A DNA stretch of 37,300 nucleotides. Origin: a virus (taxonomy: Duplodnaviria; Caudoviricetes). Shown here piece by piece: positions 19,312 through 26,172 of this stretch. The notes below the pieces were generated by a model. The model ran no database searches, was not told the DNA's origin, and was given only the letters and a program-made list of their open reading frames with translations. The stretch lies in IMG/VR virus record IMGVR_UViG_3300027672_000032, positions 1 to 37,300 of that record; one strand, 5' to 3'. Position numbers and translations under genes: made by a program. Position 1 is the stretch's first letter. Each line of letters starts with the position of its first letter.

Positions 19312-19333
19312 GTGAGCTTGACGATCTTGTCAA
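19305..19333 (-). promoter_or_regulatory. Sigma70-type promoter for tRNA/int/replication genes
   Basis: Minus strand TTGACA-17 nt-TATATA(AT). Confidence 0.7.
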
Positions 19334-19351
19334 GTGCGACATTCTGTCTCA

Positions 19352-20299
19352 TCAATAATAATACTTATTCCGGTTAACAGACTCATAGTAATAACGACTG
19401 TCATCTACACACGCTTCCTCTGCAAGTGAGTAGTAGTTGATACCCCAGTCATCCAGTAACTCTGCTATTTTTTGAGGGTGATCTTGTATTAGATCTTTCA
19501 TTGCCTGTATGTTAGATTCGTCAGGCTTACTGAAACCTCTGTAACTAAAGTCATCCCAGATATCTTCTCTTGAAGCTGGGTCACGTTCAAAGACTAGCTG
19601 AGTCCAGTCAGCACACACAAGTGCTGTAGCAAGTAGCTCTGCATACTTTAGATCTTGTGTTTCATTGACGCCATGCTGACCATAGTAACCTACACTAATG
19701 TTAGTACACTCTTGCACAACACCGATGTATTCGTTACTGTCTGTGTAAGAGCCACCATCATCAGCCACTAACTCAGGCATACCCAGTGCCTTGGAGAAAG
19801 ACTTAGCGAAAGCCTCTGATGCAGTACGTATACCCATCTGGTGTGTTACTACAGACGTATCACCAAGCCTATCAAAGGAGATCACAGCATCAACACTACT
19901 GATCCACGCAGGGTTATCCTCTACCAAAGCCCGACTGCCCTTACATCCAGACTCCTCTGCTGCATGGACTACATACACACCAGCTACACCAGCCTCAATC
20001 ATGTTGAGCATGAGCCATATACCAGTCGTACAATCAGCACCTAGGCAATTAGATTTTGTACTGTCTGCGATAGATACTACATCGTTTGCGACAATCAATT
20101 GCTGCATGCCCTCAGTACGATGTACTGTGTCGTGATGTGCAGTGAAGCACAGGTTAGGCTTGTCACCCACACTCAGTGTGTAGTTACCATGTCTGTCAGG
20201 TAAACCAAACATAGGTTCGAGAAACCTGTTACAGAAATCTCTTTGCGTCTCACTACCCTCAGGTCGCTTGTAACGCAGCATTTCAATTAAGCTATACAT
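19352..20299 (-). CDS. M28/M20-like zinc metallopeptidase
   Basis: TAHHDTVH, LGADC-x-x-G, AEESGCKGS, FDR, YTDS and NISVGYY-x-x-H motifs. Confidence 0.8.
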   Translation of the reverse strand: MYSLIEMLRYKRPEGSETQRDFCNRFLEPMFGLPDRHGNYTLSVGDKPNLCFTAHHDTVHRTEGMQQLIVANDVVSIADSTKSNCLGADCTTGIWLMLNMIEAGVAGVYVVHAAEESGCKGSRALVEDNPAWISSVDAVISFDRLGDTSVVTHQMGIRTASEAFAKSFSKALGMPELVADDGGSYTDSNEYIGVVQECTNISVGYYGQHGVNETQDLKYAELLATALVCADWTQLVFERDPASREDIWDDFSYRGFSKPDESNIQAMKDLIQDHPQKIAELLDDWGINYYSLAEEACVDDSRYYYESVNRNKYYY

Positions 20300-21933
20300 T
20301 ATTTTTCTTCCTCTTGTTTATACCAATAATTGTTTGGGTTCTGTATCCACTGATCGCCTGAGTCCTTCAACTCTTGGTAAGATACTAACTCATCATCTGT
20401 TGTAGTACATAGCCTACCGTTGGGGTACAAATCACCATCCCAATCAGAGAAGAAGTAGTCATCCATAGACTGCGGTGAGACCCAAGAATTTTCTTCTTCA
20501 CACCAACATACATCATCAATGCTCCAATTCTTATCGTCATTACAAAGCACAAAGCCGTCACCCTCTTCCAGTGCCCATGTAGAGACAGTCAACTCTAGTC
20601 TACGACCGTTCTGAGCCATGCAGTAGGCTATGTTAGCCTGAGAATCATGGAAGTGCTCTTCAGCATACTCACACCAGAAATGGTTCTCGTTAAAGCAGTA
20701 GTCACATGAGTTACCCTCCCAATGGTCAGACCACATAGAGTCCCCTTCGTTCATAGGATCACCGCAGTTGACACAGGGCTCACCAGTGTCACCCAAGATA
20801 CCTTGGTACTGACTGGCATCTACATCACCATCATATTCTTGGATAAGATACTTACCACACTCAGAGAGACCTAGGGTACGTGGTTCAATGTCTAAGTAAG
20901 GTCCAATGAATTGACCTCCTTGATGATCATAAGCAGGAATGGCGAGTAGCTTTGAGCCAGACCATTCGGGGTCTTCTATCTCTGCACCTATCTCTAACAG
21001 GTGTGCCTCTAGCATGTCAAGTGCTTGCTCTGATACACCATACATAGGACCAGCTTGAGGTATACCACTCTTGTGCTTTGTGTACACTACACACCTACCA
21101 GCTATGCGCCCATCAGTGTCAGCTACCTTGACTACAATAAAGTCTCCACTGGCATACGCCTCTACGGGGTGACACTCAAGGTTACTGAAGTCATATCTCA
21201 TGCAGCTGGATGCAGATGACTTGCGTTGACAGGTGGTATCTATGTTCTCCACCTCCGCTTGAGAACCAGCATAAGCTTCTTTGAAATCACTCCTGTCAGA
21301 ACCTGTAGACAACTTTAAGTCTCTGATACGAAACTTATTTAGATAGTCGTTGCCCAACAGGATGACCTGCTTGTGATCAAGCTCAGGGAACATCATAGAT
21401 ATAGCACGGCCAGGTTTCATAACTGTTTGCCTGTCTTGCAATCGCATATCAAGGTCTTTATAGATACTGATCTTACCTGCACTAATCTTAGATCGTATAG
21501 GTACGAAGCAATGAAGCCTACTACGCCAGTTGAATCTTTCTATGACATTAGTGCCGATACCAGACAGTCCGTGATTGGCCACAAAGTAGTTTACAAACCA
21601 ATTAAACAGAGGTATATCTACTTCAGCATTAAGGTATCCCTTGGACCTCTTGACCATGTACTTCTCGTATGGCCCCCACTGTTTGATCACTGGGTCAATC
21701 TCGTCCTCGTCAGGTACCACCTCACGCTTTACCATGAACCCATGAGCTGAGCTGATGTGTACCCAGTACCTGTGCCCGTCATCTAGTGTGACAAACCCAC
21801 CCACAAGTTCCTCTGCATCACCTATTACAGCACGATCCTCCTCGACTGCATATGTTTTATACTGTGTCACAACCTCAGAGTATAGTATTGGAAACCGTTC
21901 TGGTTGATTCACAGCCACTAAAGTATACTTCAT
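20299..21933 (-). CDS. Large early protein with SSCM/PYLD core and Cys/acidic C-terminal repeats
   Basis: Start MKYTL at 21933 (GGAGG RBS). KPGR, SSCMRY, GRCVV, PYLD, then CVNCG, CDYC, WCEY, CWCEE. TAATG-coupled to the peptidase. Confidence 0.8.
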   Translation of the reverse strand: MKYTLVAVNQPERFPILYSEVVTQYKTYAVEEDRAVIGDAEELVGGFVTLDDGHRYWVHISSAHGFMVKREVVPDEDEIDPVIKQWGPYEKYMVKRSKGYLNAEVDIPLFNWFVNYFVANHGLSGIGTNVIERFNWRSRLHCFVPIRSKISAGKISIYKDLDMRLQDRQTVMKPGRAISMMFPELDHKQVILLGNDYLNKFRIRDLKLSTGSDRSDFKEAYAGSQAEVENIDTTCQRKSSASSCMRYDFSNLECHPVEAYASGDFIVVKVADTDGRIAGRCVVYTKHKSGIPQAGPMYGVSEQALDMLEAHLLEIGAEIEDPEWSGSKLLAIPAYDHQGGQFIGPYLDIEPRTLGLSECGKYLIQEYDGDVDASQYQGILGDTGEPCVNCGDPMNEGDSMWSDHWEGNSCDYCFNENHFWCEYAEEHFHDSQANIAYCMAQNGRRLELTVSTWALEEGDGFVLCNDDKNWSIDDVCWCEEENSWVSPQSMDDYFFSDWDGDLYPNGRLCTTTDDELVSYQELKDSGDQWIQNPNNYWYKQEEEK

Positions 21934-21984
21934 TTTACATCCTCCAAAAATAATGCCCCACACAATTAAGCATGGGGCTATGAA

Positions 21985-22377
21985 TTAGGCATCCATGATA
22001 CCTACTTTATGTTCGGTAACAGTGACCACCTTGAATGTATCACCTACCTTTAGCTTACTGCGTAGCTTACCAAACTCAGTAGCAGACATCACCCTACCAT
22101 TCATGATGTACCCACCACGTTTGATTACAGTGTTCATCCTACCCTTAGGCAAAGTCTTAGGCGCAGCGGTACGTGCTGGATCAGGGTTACGTGCAGCAGA
22201 CTTAGGCAGGAACCCAAGACGCTTATAGTGATACGACAAAGTAAACGTGGACAGTTGTAGATCAAAGTGAGCCAGAGTTGCAGGTGCAGTATGGTTGCTG
22301 TAATACTGGCAAATCTCCATCCACTTTGCATCAGAAAAGTTATAGCGAATCGCACATTTTGCTGTAGTATTAGTCAT
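21985..22377 (-). CDS. Hypothetical early protein (basic)
   Basis: 130 aa with GAGGAG RBS. Confidence 0.75.
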   Translation of the reverse strand: MTNTTAKCAIRYNFSDAKWMEICQYYSNHTAPATLAHFDLQLSTFTLSYHYKRLGFLPKSAARNPDPARTAAPKTLPKGRMNTVIKRGGYIMNGRVMSATEFGKLRSKLKVGDTFKVVTVTEHKVGIMDA

Positions 22378-22453
22378 GATTTATCTCCTCAGATAATTAT
22401 AAGATACCTCAATGGTATCACACCACGCACCAGTTAAGGTGCGCAGACTGATA

Positions 22454-22576
22454 CTATCGTACTGTTACGTTCGTGATGCCCTTACTTCTAAGCGTCACAA
22501 GCATACCTTCTATACGCACCTCAGGCATTGTCATATAGAATATGTCATCAATATATACCCTTACAGTTTTACCCAT
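22454..22576 (-). CDS. Small early protein (40 aa), not in ORF track
   Basis: MGKTVRVYIDDIFYMTMPEVRIEGMLVTLRSKGITNVTVR. TGATG coupling to the upstream ORF. Confidence 0.6.
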   Translation of the reverse strand: MGKTVRVYIDDIFYMTMPEVRIEGMLVTLRSKGITNVTVR

Positions 22577-22833
22577 CACATCCACCCCGATTTTCTAGCT
22601 TCACTGACGCCTATCTGTATAGCTTGAAGCAAGGCATCACTGGTCACATCATAGTCAGGCACTAGGTATCCACCCATAAGCTCGGCCTCAGTGTGCCCAA
22701 AGTCACTGTCGTACTGCACAAGTTTCTGCACACAGTCAGTTAAGTCCCTGCCCCTGACAAACACAGGCTCAGCACCTGATTCCACCTCGTACCACCCAGA
22801 CAAAACATACCTACCTTTTTCTGTATTAGTCAT
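22576..22833 (-). CDS. Hypothetical early protein
   Basis: Likely start MTNTEK at 22833 after AAGGA. Confidence 0.7.
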   Translation of the reverse strand: MTNTEKGRYVLSGWYEVESGAEPVFVRGRDLTDCVQKLVQYDSDFGHTEAELMGGYLVPDYDVTSDALLQAIQIGVSEARKSGWM

Positions 22834-22907
22834 ATCAATTCCTTTCATGAGAGAACACCCCACGCTTTCACATAGGGTGCTGCATTACTTTATATTTAGG
22901 GTGGGAT

Positions 22908-23423
22908 TTATGCTGCAACTTTGAGACCTGAACGCTGTGCCTGTAGTGCTGCAATCATTGCCTCAAGTTTATCAGGGTTAGCTTTTACGCTACGTTCAGC
23001 CCAAGAAAATGCGTCAAATTCTTTTGCAGGTTTCTCGGGTTTAGGGAAAGAGTTATCAAACGCAGTTGACTTCACTGCACACTTAGACGCTGCAAGCATT
23101 GCGACAGACTGTAAACCTTCAAGGTTCAAGCCACCACCTTTACCCACGACAACACCAGCTTTACCATCCTTGAAAGTAAACTTCACATCCCACAATGCTA
23201 CAGCCAAGATACGCTTGAGAGGCGCAGAGAATTGTTTTAGGCTGTACCCATCCTCAATTTTATAAGTACCGTATTTTTTACCATTCGTGAAAGCAATCAG
23301 CGCATACAGCGGTAGATTATTTTTCTCATCAAATTGTTCCAGTGCATATTGCACAGCCTTAAAGAAACCATATTCCGCACCACGGGCGTTTGATACCCAG
23401 CTTTTTACATAATCAGTAGACAT
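22908..23423 (-). CDS. First gene of the minus arm, hypothetical early protein
   Basis: Likely start MSTDYV at 23423 after AGGAG. The ORF-track N-terminal extension lacks an RBS. Confidence 0.8.
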   Translation of the reverse strand: MSTDYVKSWVSNARGAEYGFFKAVQYALEQFDEKNNLPLYALIAFTNGKKYGTYKIEDGYSLKQFSAPLKRILAVALWDVKFTFKDGKAGVVVGKGGGLNLEGLQSVAMLAASKCAVKSTAFDNSFPKPEKPAKEFDAFSWAERSVKANPDKLEAMIAALQAQRSGLKVAA

Positions 23424-23429
23424 AGCATT

Positions 23430-23880
23430 TCTCCTATATTGCCATTCAACAAAACACACCACACCATGCGATATGCTTTGTATGCTGGCACATACTGACC
23501 CTAACTGGTACAGTCCACCATCGAGATACTCTGATAGCGGCCAGTTTACACAGGTCAAAGCAGTCCATGCGCTAGCGTATCACACAGTAGACCCTCCGAT
23601 ATATTCGGGGGCGTACAGGCTAGGTTCTAGCGGCTAATTTGTAGGGATTACTTGCGTTTTTCTGCGCCCATTTATCATGAGCCTTTTATTTACTGCCCAA
23701 AACACTAGGGCAACATAACTATTTATAACCCCGAATATCGTCATGAAATACAGATTGTCAGTCTGGGATTATCGGCGTGAGCCTACCATTCGGGGATATT
23801 TACAATGTCAAATAACGTGGGTCACTGCCCTAGGCTGAAAAGGATTTCTAAGGTAACCGAAGCGCCGTTGAAATCCGATA
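23430..23880 (-). ncRNA. Candidate structured RNA / long 5' leader
   Basis: Multiple nested helices found by eye, for example 23705-23712/23826-23833, 23729-23736/23788-23795, 23842-23848/23870-23876, 23496-23500/23553-23557 and 23503-23508/23541-23546. Confidence 0.5.
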
Positions 23881-23988
23881 ACCAATATCTGACAGGAGTG
23901 GACAATCAACGCAACCCCATTGAAAACATTGGATAATTTCCGAATCAGTAAATAAATATCTAATTAAATCAGTGGGTTGAGTGATTCG

Positions 23989-24520
23989 TTGCGAATGGTT
24001 CGCAAGTAAATTATCTAATAAATAATTGAGATTATCTGCTAAGTCATTGATTTTAAACGAAAACAAATTGTTGTTGCGAATGATTATCAAGTAGAATGAG
24101 AACAAAAGGAGAACACATTTTTTATATTATATAGTATAAGGGGGAAATCTAGGAAAACTGTTTAATATCAATAGGTTACAAGGACTACAGAAAAAAGTGT
24201 TAGTTATCAATAAGTTAGCCGCAAAGGTTGTCTAGGATACTTGAGGTGCTGAAATTGTCTAACGGTACTGTATGAGGCTAAAATCGGGGTCTACGTCGTG
24301 TTCTGCTTTTGTTCACGGCAGTAAAAGAACAAAGAGAGAACGGAATAGACTGGGCAATAGGTAAGTAGTGGTGACCTATTACTGGAATAGAACAAAGAGA
24401 GAACATGAGATATGTCAGGACTATTGACGTAGAACAAAAGAGGAACAGGGGGTAGGTCATGTATACTGACTCATTGGGGTAGTGCTTGGGTTCTACTTGC
24501 TAGTTGCGAGTGAGTCGCAG
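23989..24520. promoter_or_regulatory. Three Fur-family-like palindromes
   Basis: TTGCGAATGGTTCGCAA (23989), TTGCGAATGATTATCAA (24074) and TTGCGAGTGAGTCGCAG (24504). Confidence 0.55.
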
Positions 24521-24548
24521 TTGCAATACTCCGGAACAAATCGAGAAC
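24100..24548. promoter_or_regulatory. Array of six alphaproteobacterial LexA (SOS) boxes
   Basis: GAAC-N7-GAAC at 24100, 24327, 24390, 24432 and 24534. GTTC-N7-GTTC at 24300. Confidence 0.85.
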
Positions 24549-25034
24549 ACTTGCCCTCATATAATACTCTATTGTATAAATTATGTAGCAATATCAATGG
24601 GTTAGCTGTAGAAACCTGCTGTTTACTGGGGTAGGTCAGGAGTATTGACCTATTATACCCCCCGTATGGGCCACCCCACCCCTGTACGTATACGTATATA
24701 CCCAATGACAGCGGGGAGTATTTTACAATCTGTTAACTACTTTAGTAATACAGCCCAATATCAGTACTACTGCAGTAGAAACCCCATTTTATAGCAGTAA
24801 TCCACTATTTATTAGTGTTATAATGTTACATTTACTATAAGCCCCGTAGAATCACGCTAGTATCCCCCAGGTATGTCTGCTTACCAGACCCCTTTAGCTG
24901 CAATGAGAGAGCTTCTCCGTGGCTCTCAGGGTATACTGGGGTAGAATCGGGGGTGTTACTAGGGATACGACAGATATGTTGTCCTCTTGGTCAATACAAA
25001 GTAATAATTATTACTATTTATTCTTAGCTGCTAC

Positions 25035-25064
25035 TTGACAGCCGGGCAGAAGGTACTATATAAT
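25035..25064 (+). promoter_or_regulatory. Sigma70-type promoter at the start of the late arm
   Basis: TTGACA-18 nt-TATAAT. Confidence 0.7.
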
Positions 25065-25163
25065 ATACTTAAGTATATACTAGAGTAAGGTTACTTAAGT
25101 ATTACCTAATTAATTATACTTAATATATATATATAAATATATTACTTAAGTAATACTTAAGTA
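25056..25163. repeat. AT-rich cassette with TACTTAAGTA palindromes (copy 2)
   Basis: Four TACTTAAGTA copies plus TA runs. Confidence 0.8.
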
Positions 25164-25215
25164 CCCCCAAGCCTAAGTCTAGATGTACAAATTTTTTTGT
25201 CGTAGTCTTTTAGAC

Positions 25216-25244
25216 TTGACGTCAGGAATTTTAAAGGTATAACT
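25216..25244 (+). promoter_or_regulatory. Sigma70-type promoter, probably producing a leaderless mRNA
   Basis: TTGACG-16 nt-TATAACT. The ATG at 25249 follows within 5 nt and has no RBS. Confidence 0.5.
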
Positions 25245-25248
25245 ACTA

Positions 25249-25500
25249 ATGTCAAAACCAAAACTATTTGCCTCTGAATCTGTGCTAGAAGAATTTTATC
25301 TTGCTCTAGCAGGTAGAGATGCAGCTAGACTCCGTAGAGTTCACATACCAAGATCAGATGTATTCTACGTAAGAGAAAAAATCTATCAGGATACAGGAAC
25401 TAAGTATACTCTCGATCATGTAGAGAGAGCTATGTACTTAGAGGGTATGCTAGATCGTAAAGATGTACTAGATCCTGGACGAGAAAGAGAATACGGATGA
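25249..25500 (+). CDS. Hypothetical protein
   Basis: 83 aa with ATGA overlap with the next gene. Confidence 0.75.
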   Translation: MSKPKLFASESVLEEFYLALAGRDAARLRRVHIPRSDVFYVREKIYQDTGTKYTLDHVERAMYLEGMLDRKDVLDPGREREYG

Positions 25501-25817
25501 CTTCCTTCGAAGAAGCAGACAAGAATGGGAATGGTTCCATCGAAAAGTCTGAGTGGAATAAAATCTTATTAGATGATAAGCGGAGACGTTTAGAAGATGA
25601 GGACGCCCACAGAGACCAAACTAGAAAGATGGCTTGGTTTGCTTTGTGGGGAATGCTCCTTTATCCTTTTGGTGTGGTACTCACAAGTGCTCTCGGTTTG
25701 GACAGTGCTTCAACGATTATCGGCAGCATGGCCAGCATTTACTTTGTGTCTGTTGCTGGTGTGGTATCTGTTTTTATGGGTGTAACTAACTTAGCTAAGA
25801 AAGTTCCAAGCAAATGA
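25497..25817 (+). CDS. EF-hand-containing membrane protein (holin/antiholin-like)
   Basis: DKNGNGSIEKSE canonical EF-hand loop, then two hydrophobic helices. Directly upstream of holin and endolysin. Confidence 0.7.
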   Translation: MTSFEEADKNGNGSIEKSEWNKILLDDKRRRLEDEDAHRDQTRKMAWFALWGMLLYPFGVVLTSALGLDSASTIIGSMASIYFVSVAGVVSVFMGVTNLAKKVPSK

Positions 25818-26170
25818 TAGGTCAAATCCTAGGTGCTGTAGGTAATCTAGCTTCAACATACCTTGACGGTAAGGTTGCAGTTCAGAAAGCTAATGCAGAG
25901 ATTAGAGTTAAACAAGCTACTGGTGAGATTGACTGGGACATTGAAGCAATCAAAGCTACACAGAATAGCTGGAAGGATGAGTGGATTACTCTACTGTTTA
26001 GTATCCCTCTTATCCTCGCATTCTGTGGTGACTGGGGTAATGCTATAGTCCAAGCTGGGTTCACAGCACTTGAGACTATGCCTACATGGTACCAGTACTC
26101 ACTAGGTGGCATTGTAAGTGCTAGCATCGGTATGAGATCAGTATCTAAATTCTTTACAGGAAAGAAATAA
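25814..26170 (+). CDS. Holin (GTA 3TM-holin-like)
   Basis: SWKDEW followed by hydrophobic helices, P-x-WY and basic C-terminus. Precedes the endolysin. Confidence 0.7.
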   Translation: MIGQILGAVGNLASTYLDGKVAVQKANAEIRVKQATGEIDWDIEAIKATQNSWKDEWITLLFSIPLILAFCGDWGNAIVQAGFTALETMPTWYQYSLGGIVSASIGMRSVSKFFTGKK

Positions 26171-26172
26171 TA

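Larger units (their letters stand above)
23967..24604. promoter_or_regulatory. Five IHF-consensus sites
   Basis: WATCARNNNNTTR at 23967, 24166, 24205 and 24592 (+) and 24040-24052 (-). Confidence 0.7.

Noticed and set aside
23424-23558. N-terminal extension of ORF 22908-23558
   Set aside because: A strong AGGAG RBS sits before the ATG at 23423, and the extension overlaps predicted RNA helices.
24300-24450. AGAACAAAGAGAGAAC repeats as a possible mini-CRISPR (a Cas4-like gene is present)
   Set aside because: Repeats are only about 15 bp, irregularly spaced, vary internally and occur in both orientations. The Cas4-like nuclease is an ordinary phage replication exonuclease.
24350-24655. TGACCTA / TAGGTCA half-sites resembling Rrf2/IscR 'Iron-Rhodo' boxes
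   Set aside because: Recurrent (about 24372, 24453, 24632, 24646), but I could not form a consistent full palindrome or spacing. Worth a PWM scan but not supportable.
23848-24705. ORF-track ORFs 23848-24105, 24278-24460 and 24493-24705
   Set aside because: No RBS, atypical composition, and the sequence is better explained as binding-site arrays.
24722-24737. TTTA-N7-TTAAC possible CtrA box
   Set aside because: Single mismatched instance in AT-rich DNA.
23424-25248. Direct terminal repeat
   Set aside because: No long duplicated segment seen. It would be collapsed in a circular assembly, so it cannot be called from this sequence.
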